Positions 27,964 to 39,460 of a DNA stretch of 64,000 bases are shown here, in pieces. Numbering within the stretch: the stretch's first letter is position 1; every line of letters starts with the position of its first letter. The position numbers and the translations under genes are program-made. The notes under the pieces were generated by a model that was given only the letters and a program-made list of their open reading frames with translations, did not search any database and was not told the origin of the DNA. The stretch is taken from NCBI GenBank assembly GCA_030390025.1, contig JASTWF010000034.1, forward strand, positions 2,728,001 through 2,792,000. The letters are read 5' to 3'. This stretch comes from Squalus acanthias (lineage: Eukaryota).

Positions 27964-28136
27964 AATTAAATAAATCTGTTGGACTATAACCTGGTGTTGT
28001 GCGACTTCTCATAAAAATTTATGGCAGCATCTTGTGACTTCAGTTAACTCAGCTTAGCAAACAAACACTGTTTAAAAGTTTTTCATATTAAATTTAAAGA
28101 CATTTTAACATTGACTTTTGTTATAACTATACAAAC

Positions 28137-28388
28137 CTTGAGCGTTCGCAATAAATCACTGACTTTTTTGCGACATTGTTCAGCTGTACGAGGAATGGTC
28201 GAGGTTGCGGTCACACTTTGAGCAAACTCTTTCCACGCTGCCATTTGGCATTTTCGAGGCGGTTTGGACTTCTCAGTTCCAATGATCCTTAACCGCTTCG
28301 CGTCGACCTCGTCGAGAAGTGTGCGGAGATCATCGTCACTGAAATTTTGTGTTCTTTTGATAAACTGGATATTGCTGATAGCAGCCAT
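28137..28388 (-). CDS. Harbinger Myb/SANT-like DNA-binding protein, exon 1
   Basis: MAAIS..RTQNFSDDDLRTLLDEV..AWKEFAQSVTA..PRTAEQCRKKVSDL; GT donor at 28136 (phase 0). Confidence 0.88.
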
Positions 28389-28701
28389 TTCTGTTTGCTG
28401 ATTATAAACAGTAAAATCAAAGAAAAAAATGATTTCAGGGCTTTTAAAACGATTTAAATTACTTTAAATCTCTTTACAACTGTTTAAAATTACTCCAATT
28501 CATCTAAAAATCTTTAAAAGTTTTCAAAACATGCATTTAAATGCAACTTACTTTAACTGCCACGTCTACCACTGTTAGAAATCTGCCTTCAGCTGATGTG
28601 TAACTCCATTGAAGTGAAAAAAAAATTGGGGGCGTGGCATATGGTAAAGAGACCTTCCAGGGCGTGTCTTCACTGGACATCGCACGCGATGAAACGCGCA
28701 T

Positions 28702-28749
28702 GCTGCGCTGCAGGGCGGTGTGACGTCATACGCTGCCCTGCAGTGCAGC
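28702..28749. promoter_or_regulatory. Subterminal imperfect palindrome centred on a CRE-like TGACGTCA, upstream of the Myb gene
   Basis: GCTGCGCTGCAGGGC...TGACGTCA...GCCCTGCAGTGCAGC; outer arms match 14/15. Confidence 0.5.
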
Positions 28750-28861
28750 TCAGAAAACAGTAAGTTCCTGCGTTGAAAAAGTCAAACGGCCGAAGCGGTA
28801 TGTATTACCGCGCCGGCTCCTTACCCCCGGGTGAACAGTCAGACTTTAATTTCTGGGCCAT

Positions 28862-28906
28862 TGACTCTGTTTCTCTCTCCACAGATGCTGCCTGACCTGC
28901 TGAGCA
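28862..28906 (+). mobile_element. Penelope-derived pLTR fragment (same family as 57437-58192)
   Basis: ACTCTGTTTCTCTCTCCACAGATGCTGCCTGACCTGCTGAG matches 58129-58169. Confidence 0.7.
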
Positions 28907-29029
28907 ATGTTCCCTGGAAGGTTCTTGGCCTCGCGGCGATCTGTAAGATCCCCCGCACTTAAATTCACAGGCTGCACAGTGAGCTGGAGTGGGCGGAGGT
29001 GCCCAATACCCAAACACCCGGGATGCAAA

Positions 29030-29279
29030 GTAAAGCTCCGTCTGCACTGCCCCATCAAACATTCCCAGGGCAATAACAGCAAGGGTTATATAAAGATTAA
29101 AGCTCTCTGCACTGCCCCATCAAACATTCCCAGGCCAATAACAGAACGGGTTATATAAAGATTAAAGCTCTCGGCACTGTCCCATCAAACATTCCCAGGG
29201 CAATAACAGCACGGGTTATATAAAGATTAAAGCTCTCTGCACTGTCCCAATCAAATGCTCCCAGGGCAAGTACAGCACT
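29030..29279. repeat. ~66-bp minisatellite, ~4 copies
   Basis: Unit TAAAGCTCTCTGCACTGCCCCATCAAACATTCCCAGGGCAATAACAGCACGGGTTATATAAAGAT. Confidence 0.9.
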
Positions 29280-30599
29280 GATCCCAACTCATCTCCAGGG
29301 CTGGGGAGAGAAACCTCGCCGCCTTCTTAGCAAGTTTACCATGTTATTCACTTGCTGTTTTAAGCTCTGATTGGAATTAGACTTTATTTTTTTTTTGTTG
29401 TATGTTTAACGACAGCATTGAAGGGGGTAATAGAAACTTGGAGCAACTTCTTCTGTCAAAGCTGAACGAGACTTGAAACAATTTAAAGATTTTTAATGAA
29501 CTTTTCACGATAAATGAGTGTTAAAAACATTTTTCCCCCTTAAGTTTTGAATATGAGTTCGGAAGAAACAGAAGCAAAAATCAATTTCCTCCTCATCTAA
29601 ACAAGTTTCAATCAGGTCTTGAAGTCCAAACATTTTAAAGAGGTTCTGAAATGCTTAAAATGTTTTAAAATTGAATTTTGTCAATTTTTGATTTTGAGCG
29701 ATCAAGTGAAGTGAGTAGCTTTAGACAAACATGCAACCATAGTGTTGAGGAGGGGGAGGGCAGGGGAGGATTTGTAGGAGTTACAAATTAGTTTTAAATG
29801 ACTTTAAAAAATATATACCTTTAAGACATATAGGAAGAGAACGAAAAAAGGGAAAAACACAAAAACTTTTATTTTGCCTGTCGTTCTATAGTCCAAAAAG
29901 TCACAGGAATAATGTAAATATAGATTTCATCTTAAACATTTAGGTAAGTGTTAACAGAAACAAGAGATATGTGATGATATATAAAAATTACAAGAAACTA
30001 TTTTATTTGTTTATTGACGAAGACACAGAAAATACTTTGATTAAACTGATAAAGTACAATTCGATTCAATGTTTGATATGGGAGATAAAAAATTGTGAGC
30101 ACAATAAAGTTTGTTCCCCGCTTTTAATTGTGAAATAACTAAAATAATTCAAAATTTTCCTTGATAAGAGCAGGGAATAATATTGTGGAGAATGTTTGAG
30201 AGTAAAATATTAGAAGTGAAATTGGTAAATTATCAATCTTTACATCAACATATAAATAAACATTTCCTAGTCAGTCTGACTGGTTCTCCTGTCCTGTAAG
30301 AAAGACAGATGTTTATTTCTGTTACATCACAGTTTTTCCTGCTTTCTGTTTATAATTCAGTGACACAAATTGTGTATGTGTTTTTCTGCACTTGTGAATA
30401 AGTGTTGCATTTCTGAACTGTTACATGGGTGATGTGCTCCTTGAAGAAGACCACGTTTATTCATGGAAGTTATTGAAGTTGAAAATACGGATACCCATTT
30501 TGTTCAGTGATGTTTAATACTGCGAATTAAAGAACTACAACACTTTATATTTGTTGATTGTCTGGTTACATTGTGATTAATATTATAATAAGTTATGTG

Positions 30600-31432
30600 G
30601 ACGTAATATGTGGATGCAATCTAATGCTGAGAGATGTGAATTTATCCACTTTGCTTTTCCAGTTTTCCTACTAGAGTATTTTTTAAATGGTGAGAGTTTG
30701 AGAAATGTTGGTCTTCAGAGGGACCTTGGTGTCCTTGTACACGAATCACTGAACTTTAACCTGCAGGTACAGCAAGCAATTAGTAAAGCAAATGGTATGT
30801 TGGCCGTCATTACAAGAGGATTTGAGTATAAAAGTAAAGACGTCTTATTGCAATTATATAGGGCATTGGTGAGATATACACCTGGAGTACTGTGTACAGT
30901 TTTGGTCACCTTACCTAAGGAAGGATATACTTTTCAAAGAGGGAGTGCAAGGAAGGTTCACCAGACTGGTTCCTGGGATGGGGGTATTGTCCTATGAGGA
31001 GAGATTGAGGAGACGAAGCATATATTCTCTAGAGTTAAGAAGAATGAGGTGTGATCTATTTGAAGCATACACAATGCTTACTATGCTTGACTGGTTAGAT
31101 GCAGGGAGGATGTTTCCCCTGGCCTGGGGGTCTAGAACCAGGGGTCACAGTGTCAGAATAAGGGGTCGGCCATTTAGGACTGAGATGAGGTGAAATATCT
31201 TCATTCAGCGGCTGGTGAATCCTTGGAATTGTATAGCCCAGAGAGCTGTGGAGACTCAATCATTGAGTATATTCAAGACCCCGATCGATAGATTTTTGAA
31301 TATTGAGGGATTCAAGGGATATGGGGATAGTGCAGGAAAGTGGAGATGAGGTAGAAGAACAGCTATTATCATGTTGAATGGCGGAGCAGGGTCGAAGGGC
31401 CAAATGGCCTGCTCCTGCTCCTATTTCTTATG
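30600..31432 (+). mobile_element. CR1 LINE 3' fragment (RT C-terminus and 3' UTR), degenerate
   Basis: RDLGVLVH..KANGML..RGFEYKSK..LYRALVR; LSYEERL..YSLE.RR.R.DL; tail GGCCTGCTCCTGCTCCTATTTCTTATG. Confidence 0.9.
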
Positions 31433-31488
31433 TTATTAAAGCGCCCTCAATACTCTCCCATCAAATAACTCCAGGCAGGCGCACAAAA

Positions 31489-31588
31489 GAAAAATACTGT
31501 GGATGCTGGAAATACTCAGCAGGTAAAGCAGCATCTGCGGAGAAAGAAACAGAGTTAACGTTTCAGGTCGATGACCTTTCATTGGAAC
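31489..31588 (-). mobile_element. Penelope-derived pLTR fragment with a degraded hammerhead
   Basis: Homologous to 57443-57572; core reads CCAAUGA-AAGGUC(auc)GACCU-GAAACGUUAAC on the minus strand. Confidence 0.7.
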
Positions 31589-31634
31589 AGGCAGATACAC
31601 ATGGATTAGATACAGAGCACTGCTCCACTCAACT

Positions 31635-34052
31635 CACTGATATACCCAACACCATTGACTTTAACACTCTGATATACCCCACAACCCTCACTGTAACACA
31701 CTGGTATAGCTCACTAAACTCTGATATACCCACACCGCTCACTGCAACACTCAGATACACCCCACTCTCTTTCATACAACAAACCTCTCACTGTAACACA
31801 CTGATATACCCCACACCCCTCATTGTAACATTCTCAGATACTGAACACCCCTCACTGTAAAACTGATATACCCCACATCAATCACTATAGTCATCTGATA
31901 TACCCCACAACCTCTCACTGTAACACTCTGATATAAACCACACCCAACACTATAACACTGATATAGCCCACACTCCTGACTGTAACACTCTCTTACATAC
32001 CCCAAACATCTCACTGTAACACACCGTTATACCCCACGCCCCTCACTGTAACACTTTGTGATATACTCCCTATCCCTCACTGTAACACTTTGATATACGC
32101 GACACCCCTCAATGTAACACACTGATATAACCCCACACCCCTGACTGTAACACTCTGTTATACACCACCCCCCTCACTGTAACACTCTGATATGCCCAAC
32201 ACCGGACATTGTATTACTCTGATGTACCTCACACCCGTAACTGTAGCACTCTGATGCAAACCCACTCCCCTGACTACAACACTCTGATATACCCCACACA
32301 TGCCTTCGTGTAACACACCGATATACCCCACACGTCTTTATGCTAACACTCTGATATACGCCGCTCCCCTCAATTTAACTCTCTGATATACCTCACACAC
32401 CTCACTGAAACACTGATATACCTCTCACTGTAACAGACCGATATACCCCACTCACCTCACTTTAACACTCGTATATACACCACACCCCCGCTGTACCACT
32501 TTGATATACCCCACAACCCTCGCTGTAATACTGTGATTTACCCGACACCTCTCACTGTAATACTGATATACACCACACCCATCACTGTAACACACTGAAT
32601 ACCCCACACACATCAATGTAATACACTGTTATACCGCACACCCCTCGCTGTAAAACTGTGATTTACCCGACACCTCTCACGGTAATACTGCTATACACCA
32701 CACCCTTCACTGTAACACATTGATATACCCCACACGACTCACTTTAACTATCTGATCAACCCCACACCCCTCACTATAACACTATCATATACCCCACATG
32801 TCTCACTGTAACTCTCTGATTTAATCCATACACCTCACTGCAACACGCTGATATGAAGGGATAATTACTCGTCCTAGCCCCTTCAGGGCTACCCCGGATC
32901 AGGCATATTGTTCAGACGTTCACTTTCAAATAAACTTTGAGTTAGACGAATCCTAAAGATGCTTAATTGGGTGTAAAGGTCCGGACAATCTCTCCCTAAA
33001 GGAAAGGAACAACCTGAAAATGTTACCAGCCTCCAGATAGCACTTTTAATAAGATTAGCTAGACTGTAAAGTTCCGGATATTATGAGGGTCTGCAAAACT
33101 CCCCAGAATTCTGCAACTCCTCACCAAAGAGTGCACAGAGATTGAGTTTGCGAGTTTGATACAGAAGTCTTATGTGAGACAATTCTAAAAATATATAGAT
33201 TTATTAAAGAACCGACATGTAATTTACAGTTGGTGAGTCAATCACAACATTAACAGATCCAAAAAGAGAAAGCTTACAATTCAATTATCAGAGAACCTTA
33301 CTTTAAAATCTTATCGTTGCTACAGTTTTACAGTTCACATTTCTGCCGGATATCCACCAAAATCAAATACCTTTGATACCCGAGGTACAAAGAGTTCGAG
33401 ACAAACAGAGCCGCCTCTGAAGCCAAGAATCACCTTGCCCCTTAAAGCGAGTCTACTATCCCATTTGAGAGTTCAATATTTATACCCTTTTCCAGTGGTA
33501 TTTCCTTTAAGGTTTTCTGCTGATGTAAGCTAATTATCTCTGGTCATTTTTCTGGTGACCCCTGCAATACTTACAGTCACCACAGCTGGTAGCAATGCAG
33601 AATTATGTCTCTTCTCTAGGTTTTCTAAATTTTCCATAAAAACAGTGTAACGGCAGGTGCGTTTTACTTGATGTCATTTTTACAAAGGCAGATGTTTGTG
33701 CTTCTTTACGAAGTGTAAATTAGAACACCTTAACCAGGGTGAACCATTGTCTTCTTCCGAAAGGTCAGCCTACCGGAGCCTTTAACCTCCTGTTCCAATA
33801 AGGTTATTGATTCAGTGTCAACAATTATCTTATCTCTACAGCCAGAATGCTTTCACAGCTTTTACATAGTTAGGTTTCTAGATTTCCAGACACAGTTTGT
33901 CATGTTTTAATAAGGCCAGAATTCTTTAATAGAATGGTGTATTTTTCTGAATAGTTTATATGGCTTATACTTTCACAGATAGACCACACACCTCTCACTG
34001 CAACACTCTGATATACCCCACACTCCTGATTGTAACACTCTCTTACATACCC
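31635..34052. repeat. ~31-33-bp minisatellite (CACTGTAACACTCTGATATACCCCACACCCCT), interrupted by a solo LTR
   Basis: Diverged tandem units read directly. Confidence 0.92.
32854..33977 (-). mobile_element. Solo LTR, 1124 bp, inserted in the minisatellite
   Basis: TG..CA termini. 4-bp TSD GATA at 32850-32853 and 33978-33981. Minus-strand TATA-like GTATAAAT (33478-33485) upstream of AATAAA (33200-33205). Confidence 0.8.
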
Positions 34053-34892
34053 CAAGGAAGGCAAATGGTATGCTGGCCTTCATTACAAGAGGATTTGAGT
34101 ACAGGAGTAAAGAAGTCTTCCTCCCTTTATATAGGGCCTTGGTGAGACCACACCTGGAGTACTGTGTACAATTTTGTTTTCCTTACTTAAGGAAGGATAT
34201 ACTTGCCATAGAGGGAGTGCAACGAAGGTTCACGAGATTGATTCCTGGGAAGGTGGGACTGTCGTATGAGAAGAGATTAAGTAAACTAGGCCTGTATTCT
34301 CTTGAATTCAGACGAATGAGAGGGGATCTCATTGAAGCATAAAAATTATTACAGTGCTTGATAGGTTGGATGCTGGGAGAATGTTTACCTTGGCTGGGGA
34401 GTCTAGAAACAGGGGCCAGAGCCTCATGATAAAGGGTAGGCCATTCAGGACTGAGATGAGAAGCACAGAAACATAGAAACATAGAAGATAGGAGCAGGAG
34501 TAGGCCATTCGGCCCCTCGAGCCTGCTCCACCATTCAAAGCGATCGTGGCTGATCATCCAAATTCAGTACCCGGTCCCTGCTTTCTCCCCTTATCACTTG
34601 ATCCCCTTAGCCTTAAGAAATATATCTTACTCTAATAAAGACATTTCTTCACACAGAGGTGGTAAACCTTTGGAATTGTCTATCCCAGAGGCCTGTGGAG
34701 GCTCAGTCATTGAATATATTCAAAACAGAAGTCGATAGATTTCTGACTTGTAAGGGCATCAAGGGATATCGAGATAAGGACGGTGAAAGGAATTGAGGCA
34801 GAAAATCAGCCATGATCTCATTGAATGGCGAAGCAGGCTCAAAGGGCCGAATGGCCTACTCCTGCTCCTATTTCCTACATTCTTATGTTCTT
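34053..34892 (+). mobile_element. CR1 LINE 3' fragment, interrupted by an antisense CR1 3'-tail fragment (~34465-34632)
   Basis: LAFITRGFEYRSKEV..RPHLEYCVQF..RRMRGDLIE; insert starts (AGAAACAT)n-AGAAGATAGGAGCAGGAGTAGGCCATTCGG. Confidence 0.88.
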
Positions 34893-34894
34893 AT

Positions 34895-36020
34895 ACCTAT
34901 CACTGTAACACACCGTTTTACCCCACACCCTTCACTGTAACACTCGCTGATATACTCCATACCCCTCGCTGTAAAACTCTGATTTACCCGACACCCTTCA
35001 ATGTAAAACACTCTTATAAACCCGCACCCCTGATTGTAACACTCTGATATACACCACATCTCTCACAGTAACACTGTGTTAATTAACCCAACACTGCTCA
35101 TTAGATTACTGTGATGTACCCCACGCCCCTCACTGTAATACTGTGTTGTACACTACACCTCTCACTGTAACACTCTGATGTACCCAACACCGCTCATTGT
35201 ATTACTCTGATGTAACCCACACCTCTCACTGTAGATCTTTGATGTAAACCCACTCCCCTGACTACAACATTCTGATATACCCCACACATCCCTTACAGTA
35301 ACACACTGATATACCTCACACACGTCTCTGTACGACTATGATATATCCCTTACTTTAATCCTCTCTTACATATTCCAAACCTCTCACTGGAACAGACCAA
35401 TATACCCCACTCACCTCACTTTAAACCCGCACCCCTGATTGTAACACTCTGATATACCCCACACCCCTCACTGTAATGCTCTGATATACCGCACAATTCT
35501 CGCTGTAACACTTTGATATACACAAAAATCACCAATGTAACACACTGATATACCCCACATGCTTACGGTAGCACTATGATATACCCCACACACCTCACTG
35601 CAACATGCTGATAAACCCCACACCCCTCACTGTAACACACTGATATACCCCACACACCTCACTGTAACTCTCTGATTTACCCCACCCCCACACTGTTAAA
35701 CTCTAATATACTGCACACCCGTCACTGTAACACACTGATATACCCCACACCCCTCATTGTAACACTCTGATGTACCCCACACACCTCACTGCAACACGCT
35801 GATTAACCCCATACCGCTCATTGTAACCCTCTGATATACACCAACACCCTCACTGTAACACTCTGATACACCCCACACCCCTCAGTGTAACACTATGATA
35901 AACCCCACACACCTCACTGTAACTCTCTGATAAACCCCACACCCCTCATTGTAACACTCTGATATACCCCTCAATGTAATCCTAACTTACATACTGATAC
36001 ACCCCACACCACTCACTGTT
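34895..36020. repeat. ~32-bp minisatellite (same family as 31635)
   Basis: Tandem CACTGTAACACTCTGATATACCCCAC units. Confidence 0.92.
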
Positions 36021-36287
36021 GTCACTGCCACTTTAATCCCATGGGCTTCAATTTTGGTAATATGTGATCCTTTCTCAAACACCTTTTGTAATGATTGGGA
36101 AATTGGAAAAGTGTGAGTAGTATCAATCATACAACGATAGAATTGGTGATCCAAGTGGTGTTGACAATTTGTTTAGCGTACTTGAAGCCCCGCTCTGATC
36201 ACAGGCCTCATCTGGTTTCAATCAATGAATTAAAAAATCATTGATTTTAATCCTATATTATTATTTCGATGTATTTGTTATCAGGCT

Positions 36288-36463
36288 AGGGGTGACGCTG
36301 TCAAGGCCGGTATCACTTGCCCATCCCTAGTTACCCGTGAGAAAATGGTGGGCCTTCATCTTGAGCCGCTGCAGTCCGTGTGGTGAAGTTGCTCCCACAA
36401 TGCTGTTACTTTAGGAATTTCAAGCTTTTGACCCAGTGACGATGAAAGAATGGCGATATATTT
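36288..36463 (-). mobile_element. 3' end of a LINE of the family seen at 56090-56912
   Basis: Reverse complement matches 56720-56895 (..CACACGGACTGCAGCGGCTCAAG..TAGGGATGGGCAA). Paralog at 43720-43892. Confidence 0.75.
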
Positions 36464-36467
36464 GATA

Positions 36468-36843
36468 GGTACGGTAGCACAGTGGTTATGTTGCTGGACT
36501 AGTAAACCAGATAACTGGACAAATGATCCAGAGACATGTATTCAAATCCCAGGAGCTGGTGGAATTTAAATTCAGTAAATTAGACAAATCTGGAATAAAA
36601 AGCTTGTGTCAATAATGGTGACCATGAAAGTACCGGATTGTCTTACCCATTTGGTTCACTAATGGCCTTTCGGGAAGGAAATCTACCGTCCTTACCTGGT
36701 CTCGCTGAAATGTGATTCCAAACCCACTGCAATGTGGTCGACTCTGCATTGGCCCAGCAAGACATTCACTTGTCTCAGTCGGCTCACCATCACCTGCTGA
36801 TGGGCAATAAATGCTGGCCTTGTCAGCGGTGCCCTCATCCCAA
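36468..36843 (+). mobile_element. tRNA-derived SINE with a LINE-shared 3' tail
   Basis: A-box-like GGTAGCACAGTGG, B-box-like TTCAAATCCC, tail GATGGGCAATAAATGCTGGCCTTGTCAGCG..CATCC. Paralog at 43897-44280. Confidence 0.72.
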
Positions 36844-37140
36844 CAATTAGTGATAAAAATGATTTATTAAGTGTCATAATGATTGAAAAAGCGTCTTAAT
36901 GATTTACAAAGGGATATAAAAGATCTGTAAAGTGGTGTAATGATTTTAAAGATTTATAATGACTAATAAATTCCTGGTGCCGGGCCATCTGCTCCACGGG
37001 CTGGGCTGCTCGGGGTCCTGTGGGCCGTGCCGGGCCAGGCTGCTCCGCCTCGCCGCCCGCTCTAACAGTAACCGGGACACCAACTGCTCCCGCCATCAGG
37101 ACACTCGACTCTCGCCGCCAGGGAAAGACCCCGAGTGACT

Positions 37141-37705
37141 GCCGCAATCCTTGTGCGGGGCCCCAGAGCCGCAATCCTTGTGCGGAGCCACAGAGCCGCA
37201 ATCCTTGTGTGGGGCACCAGAGCCGCCATCTTTGTGCGGGGCTCCAGAGCAGCCATCTTTGTGCAGTGCCCCAGAGCCGTCATCTTTGTGCGGGGCCCCA
37301 GAGCCGCCATCCTTGTGCGGGGCTCCAGAGCCGCAATCTTTGTGCGGGGCCCAAGTGCCACCATCTTTCTGTCGGGCTCCGGACCCGCAATCTTTGTGCT
37401 TTGCCCCAGAGTCGCCTTTTTGTGCTGGGCCCCAGAGCCGCCATCTTTGTGTAGGGCGATGGTACCGCCATCTTTGTGCGGAGCCCCAGAGCCGCCATCT
37501 TTGTGCGGTAAGCCGGAGCCGGCATTTTGTGCAGGGCGCGGGTAGCGCCATCTTTGTGCGCATCCCCAGTGGCGCCATTTTTGTGCGGGGCTCCGGAGCC
37601 GCCACATTTTTGCGGCGACCCGGAGCCGCCATCTTTGTGCGGAGCTCCAGTGCCGCCATCTTTCTGTCGCGCACCGGAGCCGCCATATTTGTGCGTGGCG
37701 CCACA
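37141..37705. repeat. 27-bp GC-rich tandem array, ~21 units, YY1-motif-like
   Basis: Unit GCCGCCATCTTTGTGCGGGGCCCCAGA. Confidence 0.93.
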
Positions 37706-37758
37706 ATATCAGGCCCAGACAACTGTCAACTCTCAGGCTGCAAAGGCTCCGTTTCTTC

Positions 37759-38004
37759 TCATCATTTAATTAATTTTACAATCAGAGTAAAGGGATATTT
37801 CCCCACATTCTTCAACTGCTCTCCGAACTTACATAGAAACATAGAAACGGGGATGTTTCCCATTAACATTCGGAATGTGCCTCAATATCAGGTTGAGGAC
37901 AACGATCAGTCGATCCGCCCCTGCCATGGCCACCAGGTAGCGAGTGACACATTTGGAGATACCACACTTTCCCCGAGACAGGATCACAATCGTCACTGAG
38001 TTCA
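37759..38004 (-). pseudogene. GPR139-like GPCR exon 2 pseudogene with an internal deletion of ~650 bp
   Basis: VNSVTIVILSRGKCGISKCVTRYLVAMAGAD.. joined through an 18-nt filler (37831-37848) to KFGEQLKNVGKYPFTLIVK; paralog of 45018-45919. Confidence 0.9.
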
Positions 38005-39329
38005 CTGTGAGGAAGGGAAATAAACAGGGAAATTATTCATCAGGCTGGGAGGAAAAGCAGCAGTTTTATGGAATGCGGGGTGAAATCTGCAACTCATAAC
38101 CGACATTCAATGATATAATCTAATCCTCTTACCTGTGGAGCTGAATAAAGGGAATATTGTAAGAATAATCGGGAATACATTGTGGAATCAATAAATGAAA
38201 TGGGAATAAATACAATAAATAACAGATGTTTGATCAAGGAGAGATTAAATGATCGATCTAAATTTAGCCCAGCAGACAAAAGCACCATTCGAGGTACCAG
38301 GGACACAAAGGAAGAGAACCTCTGAGAAATAATTTGTGTCCCGGGACCAGTCAGCATTTGGAGCGGTGCATTTCGCTTCTGTGCTCCTGTGTTGGGGGGC
38401 GGGGGGGGGGGGGGGGGAAATCCCGCTTGGATTCCTGCTCCTGGTTAGAATAACCATTCTATATAGAACAGAAAATGAATGCAACAGCAAAATGCAGAAA
38501 CTGCAACCTTGGCATGCAATAATTACAGGCAATTGCATGTAAAATGTACGGATGTAATACGACAATGCTAAGATAATAAATACAAGTGCACTGTAGTTAT
38601 AAAGATAACTGGGCTATCAGATATGTTTTGAAGATTGAGTTTTCTGCATTTTTGTTGAAATACACAAATTCTAGCTCATTGAAAGGTACATTTGCAAGTA
38701 ACATTGCAAATAATGGACTCTGAATTAAAGTAAATAGTGATGATTGACCAGGTAATGTCCCACTAAATCCATTTATTAGCATTGAAATCAGACGGCTTGA
38801 CCCAGAGGCAAAGTGCCGCCGAATGCTGCTGTAAAGTATCTGAACACAAATGGAAGAGAATTATTCTTGTACTTCTTCACCTGTTGTTTCCAACTTGTGC
38901 AGGGAATATTAGACGAGAAGATATCAAAGGATTTTCTTATCCTCAGTACTTCAGTTAGAATCAGCTGGGATTGTTTATCCTGAAGTACAGCAGGAGGCAA
39001 TAGAGAATTACTCTGGGTCTCACTGACAGAGCCACTGAACTGTGACAGACGGGCATGGGATCAAATTGTAAATTCAAAACAATGATCAGAAAGAAATGTA
39101 TTGAAATCTGGCAGAATTAACGTTTTGTGAGAATGTAAATTATCCTTGTAATCTTACTTTAACCATCAGAAGCAGTGCCAATAATGCAGAACTGGAGAGG
39201 GTGAAAAAGGAGACACTGACTGGAACTGAATGATTAGCGGATATTTTAGACATTTAAAGATGTGGATGTGATCTGCCAGGATTTGTTCCTGTGACTCTCT
39301 AAGTATCCATACCGAGCATTAGGTGAAAA

Positions 39330-39460
39330 CAAAAGCAAAATACTGCGGATATTGGAAATCTGAAATGAAAACAGAAAATGATGGAAATACTCAGCGGTTC
39401 AGGCAGCATCTGTGGAGAGAGAGAGACAGAGTTAATGTTTCCGGTCGATGGAATTTCGCC
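39330..39460 (-). mobile_element. Penelope-derived pLTR fragment (decayed)
   Basis: GCAAAATACTGCGGAT..GGAAATCTGAAA..CAGGCAGCATCTGTGGAGA..ACAGAGTTAATGTTTC, homologous to 57443-57550. Confidence 0.72.

Larger units (their letters stand above)
26403..28009 (-). mobile_element. 5'-truncated Penelope-like element with inverted upstream pLTR, inserted in Harbinger intron 1
   Basis: TSD CATAAAAATTTATG at 26389-26402 and 28010-28023. Inverted repeat 26440-26967 / 27485-28012. ~37-nt unique tail at 26403-26439. GIY-YIG ORF remnant. Confidence 0.93.
22680..28860 (+). mobile_element. PIF/Harbinger DNA transposon with two convergent genes
   Basis: Imperfect TIRs: TGGCCCAAAAATTA-GTCT left, TGGCCCAGAAATTAAAGTCT right (reverse complement). 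Contains a DDE transposase (+) and a Myb/SANT gene (-). Ends uncertain by 1-2 bp; flanks TAA and TTG do not form an exact TSD. Confidence 0.92.

Noticed and set aside
29280..30600. AT-rich unique region with a faint SSVKAER..K peptide (hAT dimerisation-like)
   Set aside because: Too short and riddled with stops, and no TIRs found; needs a profile search.
37020..37999. Long repetitive ORFs in several frames (also 44419-45108)
   Set aside because: A consequence of a stop-free 27-bp GC-rich unit; no evidence of coding.
38310..39330. Possible exon 1 for the GPCR pseudogene, or the 70-aa ORF 38788-39000
   Set aside because: No YYP..G exon or recognisable domain seen.
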